DNA from: an uncultured Clostridia bacterium | GTDB taxonomy: Bacteria; Bacillota; Clostridia; Oscillospirales; Acutalibacteraceae | DNA length: 64,000 nt | Direction of reading: 5' to 3' | Assembly: GCA_947625785.1 (NCBI GenBank) | Contig: CANQPS010000014.1 | Coordinates: 11,241 to 75,240 of the forward strand | In this document: in pieces, positions 1-10,701 of the stretch | How the letters are laid out: each line of letters opens with the position of its first letter | Numbering within the stretch: the stretch's first letter is position 1 | Made by a program: the position numbers and the translations under genes | The notes under the pieces: model-generated | The model's input: only the letters and a program-made list of their open reading frames with translations | Told to the model about the DNA's origin: nothing | Databases searched by the model: none

Positions 1-1551
1 TGCAATAACAAATGTTCCGTCCTCAATAAGAGATATCGTACCGTGTTTTAGCTCACCAGCCGCATAAGCCTCAGAATGAATATAAGAAATTTCTTTTAGT
101 TTTAAAGAACCTTCCAATGATATTGCATAATCTATATTTCTGCCTATAAAAAATACACTTTTACAATTAAAATATTTTGATGCAAAATACTGTATATCTT
201 CTTTATTAGATAAAATTTGTTCTATTTTATCCGGCAAGGCATTAAGCTCATCAATATAATACTTATATTGTTCATCTGACAGCTTATCAAGCAACTTTGC
301 AAATTTTAACGCTAACATATACAATACTGCAAGTTGAGTACTATAAGCCTTTGTAGTAGCAACTGCTATCTCCGGACCTGCTAATGTATAAATAACATCA
401 TCTGATTCCATAGCTATCGCACTTCCAACAACATTTACTATACTTAAAACTCTTGCACCAAGTTCTTTTGCCTTAATAACACCCGCTTTTGTATCGGCCG
501 TTTCTCCCGATTGACTTATTGCAATTACAAGCGTATTTTCGTCAACAATAGGTTCTCTGTAACGAAATTCGGAAGCTATATCAACTTCAACAGGGATTTT
601 TATTAACTTTTCAATTACATATTTACCCACTACTCCTGCGTGATAAGCAGAACCACAAGCTACAATAAATATTTTTCTTAAATTTTTAAGTTGGTCGACT
701 GTAATTTTTACATCATCAAAATTTATATCATAATCTTTAACCCTGCTGCTAATGGTAGAACGCATAGCTTTTGGCTGTTCCATTATTTCTTTAAACATAA
801 AATGCTCATATCCGCCTTTTTCTGCTGCTGAAATGTCCCAGTCGATATAAATTTTTTCTTTATTTATAAGTTCTTTATCAAGATTATAAACTTTTACGCT
901 ATCTCTTTTTAATACTGCAATTTCATTATTTTCCAAACGATAAATATTTCTTGTTTTTGATAAAATTGCAGGTATATCAGAGGCTATATAATTTTCTCCA
1001 TCACCAATACCTATAATAAGAGGACTCTCTTTTCTAACTGCGATTATTTCATCGGGGTTATCACTATTAATTATACCAAGGGCATACGAACCTTCCATTC
1101 TTGACATAACTTTTATAATTGCATCAATAATGTCACCTTTATAGTAGTATTCGAGTAATTGTGCAATAACCTCTGTATCTGTTTCGGAAACAAAGTTTAT
1201 ATTCTTATTCATAAGTTTATTTTTTAATTGAATATAATTTTCTATAATACCATTATGTACTACCGCAAATTTCCCCGAACAGCTTTTATGAGGGTGAGAG
1301 TTTATATCAGATGGTCTGCCGTGTGTAGCCCATCTTGTATGACCAATTCCCACTGTTCCCTCGATTTTATGCTTAGAAACTGTTTCTCTAAGATTTTTTA
1401 ACTCACCCTTGGATTTTATAACCTCTATTCTATTGCCGTTAAAAACAGCAATACCGGCAGAATCATAACCTCTGTATTCAAGTTTTTCAAGACCTTTCAG
1501 CAAGAACGGAGTTGCCTGTTCGTAGCCAATGTAACCAACTATACCACACAC
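1..1551 (-). CDS. glmS: Glutamine--fructose-6-phosphate aminotransferase GlmS, partial. The C-terminal roughly 90 aa lie outside the window. The start is GTG.
   Basis: The minus-strand translation starts V/M-CGIVGYIGYEQATPFLLKGLEKLEYRGYDSAG, the GlmS N-terminal glutaminase motif with the catalytic Cys2. An aggagg RBS lies 7 nt upstream. The frame stays open to position 1 and is absent from the ORF track because it runs off the window. Confidence 0.85.
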   Translation of the reverse strand, partial: MCGIVGYIGYEQATPFLLKGLEKLEYRGYDSAGIAVFNGNRIEVIKSKGELKNLRETVSKHKIEGTVGIGHTRWATHGRPSDINSHPHKSCSGKFAVVHNGIIENYIQLKNKLMNKNINFVSETDTEVIAQLLEYYYKGDIIDAIIKVMSRMEGSYALGIINSDNPDEIIAVRKESPLIIGIGDGENYIASDIPAILSKTRNIYRLENNEIAVLKRDSVKVYNLDKELINKEKIYIDWDISAAEKGGYEHFMFKEIMEQPKAMRSTISSRVKDYDINFDDVKITVDQLKNLRKIFIVACGSAYHAGVVGKYVIEKLIKIPVEVDIASEFRYREPIVDENTLVIAISQSGETADTKAGVIKAKELGARVLSIVNVVGSAIAMESDDVIYTLAGPEIAVATTKAYSTQLAVLYMLALKFAKLLDKLSDEQYKYYIDELNALPDKIEQILSNKEDIQYFASKYFNCKSVFFIGRNIDYAISLEGSLKLKEISYIHSEAYAAGELKHGTISLIEDGTFVIA

Positions 1552-1579
1552 TGACCTTAACCTCCTAACCTAAATATAA

Positions 1580-2860
1580 TTATCTATAAATTATATCCTC
1601 ACGTTTTGGTCCGTTAGAAACCATAGTAATTGGCACACCAATCGCCTTCTCTGCAAATTCAATATACTTTCTGCAATTTTCCGGTAAATCCTCGTATTTT
1701 TTTATACCTCTGATGTCGCATTTCCAACCCGGCAACACTTCAAGAATTGGTTTTGCTCTTTTTAATTTAGTTGTAGACGGGAAATAATCTATTCTTTCAC
1801 CATCAAGCTCATAAGCAACGCATACAGGAATTTTATCCAAATAACCAAGTGCATCTATAACCGTAAAGGCAACCGCAGTAGCCCCTTGTACACGACAGCC
1901 ATATCTTGTAGCCACAAGGTCAAGCCAACCCATTCTTCTTGGTCTGCCCGTTGTAGCACCGTATTCGCCGCCGTCACCTCCACGTTTTCTGAGTTCTTCG
2001 GCTTCGTCACCGAAAATTTCGCTTACAAATTCACCTGCTCCAACTGCACTTGAATACGCCTTTACAACTGTAATAACATCTTTAATTTCGTAAGGTGGTA
2101 TTCCACCTGCACCAACTGCTCCATAACCTGCTATTGTATTAGATGATGTAACCATCGGATATATACCAAAATCTGTATCCTTTAATGAACCTAATTGTCC
2201 CTCGAGAAGAATTTTCTTACCTGAACGAACAGCATCATTCAATATTGTGAATGTATCAGAAACATAAGGTCTTATAATTTCTTTATATTCCATAAGTTTA
2301 TTAAAAATATCTTCTTCTTTAAGAGGTTCTTTATGATAGAGATTGACAATAAGAGCATTTTTAATTTCAAGTACATTCTTTACTTTTTGTCTTAAACAAT
2401 CCATATCATCAAACAATTCATTTATCTGAAAACCTATTTTAGAATATTTATCTGCATAGAATGGTGCTATACCTGATTTTGTTGAACCAAATTTTCTATC
2501 GGATAATCTTTCTTCTTCGTAACAATCAAGAAGAATGTGATAAGGCATAACTATTTGCGCTCTATCTGAAATCTTAATGTTAGGCATAGGGACACCTTTT
2601 TCTTGCATAGACCTAATTTCTTTTGCGAAATTTTCAACACTAAATGCAACACCATTACCTATAATATTGGTAATATGATTATAAAAAACACCTGACGGTA
2701 ATTGATGTAATGCAAATTTGCCATAATTATTTATTATAGTGTGACCTGCGTTACTTCCTCCCTGAAATCTTATAACAATGTCTGACTCGGCTGCGAGAAC
2801 ATCAGTAATTTTACCCTTTCCCTCATCTCCCCAGTTAGCACCTACAATAGCTTTTACCAT
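1580..2860 (-). CDS. purA: Adenylosuccinate synthetase
   Basis: MVKAIVGANWGDEGKGKITD P-loop and PurA-typical motifs over 426 aa. Confidence 0.95.
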   Translation of the reverse strand: MVKAIVGANWGDEGKGKITDVLAAESDIVIRFQGGSNAGHTIINNYGKFALHQLPSGVFYNHITNIIGNGVAFSVENFAKEIRSMQEKGVPMPNIKISDRAQIVMPYHILLDCYEEERLSDRKFGSTKSGIAPFYADKYSKIGFQINELFDDMDCLRQKVKNVLEIKNALIVNLYHKEPLKEEDIFNKLMEYKEIIRPYVSDTFTILNDAVRSGKKILLEGQLGSLKDTDFGIYPMVTSSNTIAGYGAVGAGGIPPYEIKDVITVVKAYSSAVGAGEFVSEIFGDEAEELRKRGGDGGEYGATTGRPRRMGWLDLVATRYGCRVQGATAVAFTVIDALGYLDKIPVCVAYELDGERIDYFPSTTKLKRAKPILEVLPGWKCDIRGIKKYEDLPENCRKYIEFAEKAIGVPITMVSNGPKREDIIYR

Positions 2861-3034
2861 TATAAAATCATTCCTCTCTCTTTTTGTGTAATTTTTATCT
2901 TTAAGTTAAAATAATTTTTATTACACAACTAATATAAATATTTACTTAAATGCTTTCCGTTTGTTTAGGCAAAAATATTTACCTTATATACCCCTTATTG
3001 TCAATTTTACAATATAATAGTGGCTATACCAAAA

Positions 3035-4474
3035 TTATACATTAATCTCTGCTTTTTCTGTTTCCATATTATTATATGGTGCAAGAGCATTTTTGACAGT
3101 AATATTTAAAAATTCTTCTGTTTGTTCAGGAGCTCTGCCAACATATTTTTCCGGCGATAAAAGTGCATTTAATTCTTCTAATGTCATTCCGAAAGCCTCA
3201 TCATTAGCTATTCTTTCCATCAAATCGTTTTCCTTGCCTTCAACCTTTATAGCTCTTGAAGCAGCCATAGAATGTTCTCTGATTTTTTCGTGCAGTACTT
3301 GTCTGTCACCGCCACGATATTTAACAGTATCCATCATAATATTTTCTGTTGCCATAAACGGCAATTCTTTGCGTAATCTCTGTTCAATTACCTTAGGATA
3401 CACAACAAGTCCGTCAGTAACATTAAGTAAAAGATTGAGAATAGCATCTGTTGCAAGAAATCCCTCCGGAATACTAATACGCTTATTTGCGGAATCATCA
3501 AGTGTACGCTCAAACCATTGAGTAGCCGTTGTAATATATCCGTTAAGGACATCTACCATCACATATCTCGATAACGACGCAATTCTTTCCGAACGCATAG
3601 GATTACGCTTATATGCCATTGCAGATGAACCTATTTGATTTTTCTCAAATGGTTCTTCAATTTCTCTCAAATGCTGCAAAAGTCTTATATCATTTGAAAA
3701 TTTAGCAGCACTTTGAGCAATACCGGCTAAAATATTAAGCATCTGACTGTCAAGTTTTCTTGAATAAGTTTGACCTGATACGGCAAAACAACTCTTAAAG
3801 CCCATTTTTTCAGCAATCTTTTGGTCAAGAGCCTTAACCTTTTCGTGATTTCCCTCGAATAACTCAAGGAAACTCGCTTGTGTACCTGTTGTACCCTTAG
3901 AACCCAATAACTTAGCCTTTGAAAGCTGATATTCTACATCTTCCAAATCCATTAAAAATTCTTGTATCCAAAGGGCAGCTCTTTTGCCCACCGTTGTAGG
4001 CTGAGCCGGTTGAAAATGTGTAAATGCGAGTGTTGGCAAACTCTTGTATTTATCTGCAAAGGCTGATAAATTTCTGATAACACCAACCAATTTTTTTTGA
4101 ATAACCTTTAAAGCCTCTGTCATTATAATTATATCGGTATTATCGCCAACATAACAAGAAGTTGCTCCTAAATGAATTATACCCTTAGCTTTTGGACATT
4201 GTACGCCATAAGCATAAACGTGTGACATTACATCGTGACGAACTATTTTTTCTCTTTCTTCCGCAACATCATAATTAATATTATCTTGATTAGCCTTAAG
4301 TTCATCAATCATTTCAGGTTTAATTGTATCAAGACCAAGTTCCATTTCACTTTCAGCAAGTGCAATCCAAAGTTTACGCCAAGTTCTGAACTTCATATCC
4401 GGTGAAAACAAATATTTCATTTCTTTGTCAGCATATCTTGATGACAAAGGTGATTCATATATATCTCTGCTCAT
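3035..4474 (-). CDS. purB: Adenylosuccinate lyase
   Basis: 479 aa with fumarate-lyase family motifs (GSSAMAYKRNP). Confidence 0.93.
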   Translation of the reverse strand: MSRDIYESPLSSRYADKEMKYLFSPDMKFRTWRKLWIALAESEMELGLDTIKPEMIDELKANQDNINYDVAEEREKIVRHDVMSHVYAYGVQCPKAKGIIHLGATSCYVGDNTDIIIMTEALKVIQKKLVGVIRNLSAFADKYKSLPTLAFTHFQPAQPTTVGKRAALWIQEFLMDLEDVEYQLSKAKLLGSKGTTGTQASFLELFEGNHEKVKALDQKIAEKMGFKSCFAVSGQTYSRKLDSQMLNILAGIAQSAAKFSNDIRLLQHLREIEEPFEKNQIGSSAMAYKRNPMRSERIASLSRYVMVDVLNGYITTATQWFERTLDDSANKRISIPEGFLATDAILNLLLNVTDGLVVYPKVIEQRLRKELPFMATENIMMDTVKYRGGDRQVLHEKIREHSMAASRAIKVEGKENDLMERIANDEAFGMTLEELNALLSPEKYVGRAPEQTEEFLNITVKNALAPYNNMETEKAEINV

Positions 4475-4512
4475 TTAGCACCTCAAATAAGTATTTTTCT
4501 AATTTTAAAAGT

Positions 4513-5973
4513 TTATATATTTTTTTGGCTATTGCCAATTTCCAGACCGCCTCTTTCTTTACCGGCAAGCTGTTGGGTTGGAATATGCGATGGATATTTT
4601 CCCGTAAAACAGGCATCACAAAAATTACAATTCTTATTAAAAATCATATTTGGTAATGTTTCAACAGGTAAAAATCCGATTGAATCCGCACCGGCTAATT
4701 TTCCTATTTCTTCTTCCTTCAATTTACAGGCAATCAATTCATCTTTTGAAGGAATATCTGTTCCATAATAACACGGCCATCTAAACGGAGGTGATGAAAT
4801 TCTAAGATGAACTTCTTTTGCTCCTGCATCTCTTAACATACTTACTATTCTGTCACAGGTTGTACCTCTGACGATTGAATCATCAAGCATAACTACTCTT
4901 TTACCTTTTACACTTGTAATAAGTGGATTTAGTTTTATTCTTACACTTTTAGCTCGTTCTTTTTGGCTCGGTTTAATAAATGTTCTGCCTATATAATTAT
5001 TTTTCACAATGCCTTTTTCATAAGGAATACCCGACTCCTCACTATAACCAATAGCTGCATCAATACCGGATTCCGGAACACCAATGACAAGGTCTGCATC
5101 AACAGGATATGTTCTTGCAAGTATTCTTCCGGCTTCTTTTCTTGCTTCATAAACACTAATTCCGTCTATAATTGAATCTGTACGAGCAAAATATATATAT
5201 TCAAATATACACAAACTCTTTTTATTACGGCAATTATCCTTTATTGAAGTAATACCTCTTTCGTCTACTACAACGATTTCACCGGGTTCGATATCTCTCA
5301 CAAACTCCGCACCACAAGCGTCCAAGGCACAACTTTCTGATGCAAAGACAATACTGTTATTAAGTTTACCCATACAAAGAGGTCTGAAACCTTGCATATC
5401 TCTTGCTGCAATAAGTTTTCTTGGGCTCATAACAAGCAATGAATATGCACCGTTAAGCTGCAGCATAGCTCTTTTTACAGCTTCCTCAACAGAATGTGAG
5501 TTTACCCTTTCTCTTGCTATAACATAAGCGATTACTTCGGAATCAATGGTGGTTTGGAATATAGCACCTCTGTGTTCAAGTTCTTTTCTGATTTCTACGG
5601 CGTTAGTTAAATTTCCGTTATGGGATATAGCTATTGTACCTTTTACATAACGCATAACAAGCGGTTGTGCATTTTCACGCACACTACCGCCTGCTGTTGA
5701 ATACCTAACGTGACCTATTGCCATTTGACCGTCCAAAGTGCTAAGTACATCATTGTTAAATACTTCGCTTACAAGTCCCATATCTTTGCGATAGGATATT
5801 ACACCTCTATCATTTACTGCAATTCCGCAGCTCTCCTGACCTCTGTGCTGTAACGCAAGAAGCCCATTATATGTAGAATATACAGGATTTAAAGTGCCAT
5901 CACTATATATGCCAAATACACCACATTCTTCGTGCAGTTCTTCGGTAAAATAATTGTCTTTTTGTAAATTCAT
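4513..5973 (-). CDS. purF: Amidophosphoribosyltransferase. The likely start is the internal Met at 5973; the ORF-track start at 6030 overlaps the purC stop.
   Basis: The N-terminus is ...EECGVFGI, a propeptide ending in the catalytic Cys followed by a glutaminase domain, with a PRTase domain downstream. The ATG at 5973 has a ggaaagag RBS and places the Cys 17 residues from the start. Confidence 0.9.
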   Translation of the reverse strand: MNLQKDNYFTEELHEECGVFGIYSDGTLNPVYSTYNGLLALQHRGQESCGIAVNDRGVISYRKDMGLVSEVFNNDVLSTLDGQMAIGHVRYSTAGGSVRENAQPLVMRYVKGTIAISHNGNLTNAVEIRKELEHRGAIFQTTIDSEVIAYVIARERVNSHSVEEAVKRAMLQLNGAYSLLVMSPRKLIAARDMQGFRPLCMGKLNNSIVFASESCALDACGAEFVRDIEPGEIVVVDERGITSIKDNCRNKKSLCIFEYIYFARTDSIIDGISVYEARKEAGRILARTYPVDADLVIGVPESGIDAAIGYSEESGIPYEKGIVKNNYIGRTFIKPSQKERAKSVRIKLNPLITSVKGKRVVMLDDSIVRGTTCDRIVSMLRDAGAKEVHLRISSPPFRWPCYYGTDIPSKDELIACKLKEEEIGKLAGADSIGFLPVETLPNMIFNKNCNFCDACFTGKYPSHIPTQQLAGKERGGLEIGNSQKNI

Positions 5974-6022
5974 TAATTCACACTCTTTCCGTTTACTTAT
6001 CAAAACGATAAATCGGTAAATA

Positions 6023-6733
6023 TTAAGCAAGACCTATTCTTTTCATAACCTCAGCATAGGCTTCTTCTACACCGCCCATATCCCTGCGGAAGCGGTCTTT
6101 ATCAAGTTTCTCGTGAGTATTTATATCCCAGAAACGGCAGGTATCAGGTGAAATTTCATCTGCAAGAACGATTGTACCATCAGCACAACGGCCAAATTCA
6201 AGTTTAAAGTCTATAAGTTCGATATTTACGCTTTTAAAGAACTCGCAAAGATACTCATTTACTTTAAATGCCATAGTACTAATTGTATCAAGGTCTTGTT
6301 TTGTAGCAAATCCTGCTGCTAATATATGATAATCATTAACCATTGGATCTCCCAACTCATCATCTTTATAGGAATATTCAAGAACAGGTGTTAATAATTC
6401 TGTACCCTCTGTAAGACCAAGTCTTTTAGCCATACTTCCTGCTGCTTTATTTCTGATAATAACTTCAAGAGGAACAATGGAAACTTTCTTTACAAGAGTA
6501 TCCCTGTCACTTAACTCCTCTACGAAATGGGTTTTTATACCTTTTTCTTCAAGCATTTTGAAAAGAAAATTAGACATTCTGTTATTTACTACGCCCTTGC
6601 CTACTATTGTACCTTTTTTAAGACCATTGAATGCTGTTGCATCATCTTTATAAGATACTATGCACATATTTTCGTCATCGGTCGCAAAAACCTTCTTTGC
6701 CTTACCTTCATATAACATTTGACCCTTTACCAT
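6023..6733 (-). CDS. purC: Phosphoribosylaminoimidazole-succinocarboxamide synthase (SAICAR synthetase)
   Basis: The [16 protein letters not shown]... start is preceded by an aggagga RBS. SAICAR synthetase family motifs are present. Confidence 0.92.
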   Translation of the reverse strand: MVKGQMLYEGKAKKVFATDDENMCIVSYKDDATAFNGLKKGTIVGKGVVNNRMSNFLFKMLEEKGIKTHFVEELSDRDTLVKKVSIVPLEVIIRNKAAGSMAKRLGLTEGTELLTPVLEYSYKDDELGDPMVNDYHILAAGFATKQDLDTISTMAFKVNEYLCEFFKSVNIELIDFKLEFGRCADGTIVLADEISPDTCRFWDINTHEKLDKDRFRRDMGGVEEAYAEVMKRIGLA

Positions 6734-6940
6734 AATAAATAAATCCTCCTGTTTAGTCAACAATTTTCTTGTTTATCTGCATATTTATTAAAAAAGAAAT
6801 ACACATTCTATTATAACCTTATATTTAATTTTAGGCAATACCAAAAATTAAGTATTTACTCTTTTCAACATTTAACAATAAAAAAACTTGTTTTCCGCTA
6901 TTGTTTTATGCAATTTTAACAAAAGCAATAAGTCATATAA

Positions 6941-7363
6941 TTAATTTTTTTCTGCCCCGCAGCCACAAATTCCAACATATTGCTTGTTAATTTTGCCGCA
7001 TTTTGAGCATTTCCAGTCACCAGCCTCCAATTTACCGATATTCTTTTTTTCTTCAAGTTGTCTTAATAGGATTTCTTTACTTATTTTTGTTTCGCAGTCT
7101 TCAACTCTTGTTATAAGATTTATTATCACTATAAATAAAATAGAAACAACTGCTATTGGCAATATAATTTGGCAACCGGCGATTATTAAATTTAATATCT
7201 TAATATCCCCTATTGAAAATAAATCGGATACTGTACCTAATATATATATAAATCCTGCAATAAACCATAATATCATTAATATACAAGCAATTGTTACCAT
7301 TATATTGATGGTTCTATGACTATTTTTTGATTTTGTTTTTTTAGTTACTTTAATATTTTTCAT
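6941..7363 (-). CDS. Small membrane protein with a C-terminal zinc-ribbon (CSKCGKINKQYVGICGCG). Function unknown.
   Basis: It has an N-terminal basic region, two predicted TM helices and a C-terminal CxxC...CxC motif. Confidence 0.55.
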   Translation of the reverse strand: MKNIKVTKKTKSKNSHRTINIMVTIACILMILWFIAGFIYILGTVSDLFSIGDIKILNLIIAGCQIILPIAVVSILFIVIINLITRVEDCETKISKEILLRQLEEKKNIGKLEAGDWKCSKCGKINKQYVGICGCGAEKN

Positions 7364-7381
7364 AAGAATATCACCTTCATA

Positions 7382-8341
7382 TTAAAATTCGGACTTTATA
7401 CTTCTTAAAAACAAATCAGCTATTGTTTTTTTAGCATCATAACCATTGTTTATAACATCATTCACAGCATTACATATAGGCAAATCTATATTATACATCT
7501 TGCTGAGTTTAACAACAGCTCTTGCAGTAGCAACTCCTTCCGCCAAACTATCGAATTTCTCACCTTTTACAAACATCTCTCCGAACATTCTGTTGTGACT
7601 GTATTTTGAAAACAAAGTTGCCTCATAATCCCCTAAATGTGCTAAACCATATGCAGAAATTTCATTTCCGCCAACGGCCTTAATAATTCTTGCAATTTCT
7701 CTCGTTCCTCTCGACATCAATGCACCTTTCAAACTTGTATATCCAAGGCCATCAAGAATACCGGCAGCTATTCCAATAACATTTTTAGTAGCAGCACCTA
7801 TTTCATTACCAATTAAATCAGTACCTATATAAAAACGAATAAGGTCACTCGATAAATTATAAACGAGATATTTTTTAGTTTCCTCGCACTTTGAGTCTAT
7901 AACCATACAATTAGGTATTCCGTTTGAAAAATCCTGCGGGTGTCCCGGTCCTACCCATATAGCAATCTTTGTATCATTTGGAACAAATTCTTCAACTACT
8001 TCGCTTAATCTCTTGCCTGTACTTTCCTCAATGCCCTTCATACATAAAACTATTATTTTTCCGCTTAAATCTTCTTTTGATAAATCTTTCATAAAGGAAC
8101 GCACTGCTTGTGAACTTATTGATATAACCAAAACTTCTGCTTGAGATACTGCTCTATGTAAATTATCAGTTACTTCAAGTTCTTCTCTAAATGTAAGAAT
8201 ATTATTTTTTCTTTCATTTTTTATTTCTATAAATTGTGGTGCGTCAGATAATCCCCACATTTTAACATTATGCCCTGTCTTATCCAAATACCAAGCTATA
8301 AAAGAACCCCATCTTCCACAACCTAAAACTGAAATATTCAA
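7382..8341 (-). CDS. gpsA: NAD(P)H-dependent glycerol-3-phosphate dehydrogenase
   Basis: It has an N-terminal Rossmann motif (VLGCGRWGSFIA) and GpsA-typical KNVIGIAAGILDGLG and EG...T motifs. Confidence 0.9.
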   Translation of the reverse strand: MNISVLGCGRWGSFIAWYLDKTGHNVKMWGLSDAPQFIEIKNERKNNILTFREELEVTDNLHRAVSQAEVLVISISSQAVRSFMKDLSKEDLSGKIIVLCMKGIEESTGKRLSEVVEEFVPNDTKIAIWVGPGHPQDFSNGIPNCMVIDSKCEETKKYLVYNLSSDLIRFYIGTDLIGNEIGAATKNVIGIAAGILDGLGYTSLKGALMSRGTREIARIIKAVGGNEISAYGLAHLGDYEATLFSKYSHNRMFGEMFVKGEKFDSLAEGVATARAVVKLSKMYNIDLPICNAVNDVINNGYDAKKTIADLFLRSIKSEF

Positions 8342-8534
8342 ATCATAACCCCCTATTTTTTAAAATTTAGTTACTATCGTATTATATCACATTACACTTT
8401 AAAAGTGAACTCTATGTCACACAAAATTAACATAATATAATACTGTTTTATGAATAAATATTCTAAGATATTGACTTATAACGAATAAAATGATAAAATC
8501 TATTTAAAATTATATTTTTATGGAGGAATGTTTA

Positions 8535-9140
8535 ATGGCTTATTGTAAAAATTGCGGTCAATTTATCTCTGATAATGATAAAGTTTGCAGTAATTGTGGT
8601 GTTTCTGTTCAGCCAACCCAATCATCATCAAACAAACAACAAACTAATCAATACCAACAGCAAAATTATCAACAGTATCAACAGCCTAATCAATATCAAC
8701 AACAATATAATTCATCTCAAAACGATATTTTAAATAAGGTTCTTAATACAAAAGATTGTACTAATGAATTTGACCAAAATGATATTAATGAAAATTGGGT
8801 ATTTGCTATATTTTCATACATAGGACTGCTTTTTCTTATTCCACTGTTGGCAAGGGGAAACTCGAAATTCTGTAAATTCCATATTAATCAGGGAGTTACG
8901 CTGTTTATAGCCGAATTGGCTATAACTGTTGTATTGACAATATTAAATTTAATTATCAGACTTATATTCGGACACGGGTTTTTAGTGGTCATTGAAGTTA
9001 TTTTATTAATTGTAGTTGATTTAGTTGGTGGTGTAATCGCCTTGGCTACATTAATCCTTGCAGTTATGGGTATTATTAATGTTGTCAAACATCAGGCTAA
9101 GGAACTTCCTTTGATTAGTAAATTTAAGATTTTAAAATAA
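8535..9140 (+). CDS. Membrane protein with an N-terminal zinc-ribbon, a Q-rich linker and a C-terminal multi-TM (DUF4870-like) domain
   Basis: It contains CKNCGQFISDNDKVCSNCG, a QQYQQ low-complexity stretch, then hydrophobic helices. A ggagga RBS lies 7 nt upstream of the ATG at 8535. Confidence 0.6.
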   Translation: MAYCKNCGQFISDNDKVCSNCGVSVQPTQSSSNKQQTNQYQQQNYQQYQQPNQYQQQYNSSQNDILNKVLNTKDCTNEFDQNDINENWVFAIFSYIGLLFLIPLLARGNSKFCKFHINQGVTLFIAELAITVVLTILNLIIRLIFGHGFLVVIEVILLIVVDLVGGVIALATLILAVMGIINVVKHQAKELPLISKFKILK

Positions 9141-9208
9141 TCCAATACGAAATTAATTAACACATCAATCTTTTAAAAAGAATTGATGTGTTAATTTTTT
9201 ATTAATAA

Positions 9209-10135
9209 CTAAATATTTTCTTGTTTACGCAATTTACTAAGAAAGTCCGTAAAGTATTCAGGCAAAGGAGCACTAAATTCCAACCATTTATTCGTCACAG
9301 GATGAACAAACCCTATATAATAGGCGTGTAAACACTGTCCCTGCAAAGATGTTATAACCTTTTTTACACCGTAAACATCATCACCTGCAACTGAATGTCC
9401 TATACTTGACATATGAACTCTTATTTGATGGGTGCGTCCTGTTTCAAGAATTAACTCTATATGCGTAAATCCATCATATCTCTCCAATACTTTATAATGA
9501 GTTATTGCGGGTTTTGAATTTTTATAAGTGATAGCCATTTTTTTACGGTCAACAGGGTGTCTGCCTATCGGAGCATCAATTGTACCTTCATCATCTTTCA
9601 GATTTCCGTAAACAACAGCTTGATATTTTCTTTTAAAACTATGTTCTTTTATTTGATTTGCCAGATGTTTATGTGAAATATCATTTTTGGCGACTATCAA
9701 AAGACCACTTGTATTTTTATCAATTCTATGAACTATACCCTGTCTTATAACTCCATTTATACCGGATAAAGAATTTCCACAATGATACATTAGAGCATTA
9801 ACAAGCGTTCCGCTATAATTGCCGGGTGCAGGGTGAACTACCATTCCTTTTGGCTTATTTACAACAAGCAAATCATTATCCTCATATACTATATCAAGCG
9901 GAATATTTTCTGCGGTTATATCAGGGGAAACAGCATCAGGAATATTAACAATAATTTTATCATTTATCTTAACTTTATATTTTTTATCAACTATTTTATT
10001 ATTGACGATTATATTACTGCTATCTATAAGTTTTTGAATAGAATTTCTTGTCATACATAGATTTTCGTCTTGTGATAAATACTTATCTATTCTTTCACCA
10101 TTATTTATTTCAACTGTCAACTCTATAATGTTCAT
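9209..10135 (-). CDS. rluD: 23S rRNA pseudouridine synthase, RluA/RluD family, with an S4 domain
   Basis: It has an S4-like N-terminus (RIDKYLSQ) and the catalytic HRIDKNTSGLLIVAKN motif. Confidence 0.9.
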   Translation of the reverse strand: MNIIELTVEINNGERIDKYLSQDENLCMTRNSIQKLIDSSNIIVNNKIVDKKYKVKINDKIIVNIPDAVSPDITAENIPLDIVYEDNDLLVVNKPKGMVVHPAPGNYSGTLVNALMYHCGNSLSGINGVIRQGIVHRIDKNTSGLLIVAKNDISHKHLANQIKEHSFKRKYQAVVYGNLKDDEGTIDAPIGRHPVDRKKMAITYKNSKPAITHYKVLERYDGFTHIELILETGRTHQIRVHMSSIGHSVAGDDVYGVKKVITSLQGQCLHAYYIGFVHPVTNKWLEFSAPLPEYFTDFLSKLRKQENI

Positions 10136-10608
10136 ATATCATTACCCGTTTTTTCTTTTTCAAATAAATCAGAAAAAAATAATAAATATACAGCAAATAT
10201 AAAAGCCCCTATCACTATACAATAATCAGCCAAGTTACATACCGGAGAAAAAAATGACAGCTGTAAATAATCAACTACATATCCATAATAAATTCTGTCA
10301 ATAAAATTACCTATTCCACCGCCAAGAACCAATATTATGGCAGATTGTAATAATTTACTTTCGGGTTTATATTTTATCAAAAAAAATGTTATAAATACTA
10401 TCATAACAACACTTACTAATAAAAATATCCACCTTTGATTAGATAAAATTCCAAATGCTGCACCTTTATTTTCAACATATACCAAATCAAGCAAATTTGG
10501 AATAGCAGTAATTTCTCCTATTGGTTTCAATTCTCTTACTATAACTATTTTAAGTAACTGATCTGCAAAGGCTACCGTTGCTGACATAAATAATACAAAT
10601 GCCACCAT
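10132..10608 (-). CDS. lspA: Lipoprotein signal peptidase II
   Basis: 158 aa with 4 TM helices and the NKGAAFG motif. Its stop overlaps the rluD start (ATGA). Confidence 0.88.
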   Translation of the reverse strand: MVAFVLFMSATVAFADQLLKIVIVRELKPIGEITAIPNLLDLVYVENKGAAFGILSNQRWIFLLVSVVMIVFITFFLIKYKPESKLLQSAIILVLGGGIGNFIDRIYYGYVVDYLQLSFFSPVCNLADYCIVIGAFIFAVYLLFFSDLFEKEKTGNDI

Positions 10609-10629
10609 TAAAATTACCCCTTCTTTTTT

Positions 10630-10680
10630 AAAAAAGAGGCTATCTGTTTTCTTATCTCTGAAAAAAGACAGCCTCTTATA
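10630..10680 (-). terminator. Rho-independent terminator downstream of ileS
   Basis: An imperfect inverted repeat AAGAGGCTGTCT...AGATAGCCTCTT is followed by a T-run on the minus strand. Confidence 0.6.
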
Positions 10681-10701
10681 TTTTTATATTTTAAATAATG
10701 A

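Noticed and set aside
3093-3521. Plus-strand ORFs from the six-frame track that lie inside and antisense to well-supported minus-strand genes (for example 3093..3521, 4532..4768, 9833..10060, 12361..12642, 18143..18409, 23972..24433, 33295..33723, 34655..35068, 51839..52243)
   Set aside because: They fall entirely within strongly supported genes on the other strand, have low-complexity or odd composition, and lack RBSs. They are typical shadow ORFs of AT-rich coding DNA.
6734-6940. Possible purine/ZTP riboswitch or PurR box upstream of purC
   Set aside because: Read on the minus strand, the region lacks the conserved purine-riboswitch junction motifs (UAUA...GGGA...UGGCCC...UUUCUACC) and any recognisable ZTP pseudoknot. 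Only generic AT-rich promoter-like sequence is seen.
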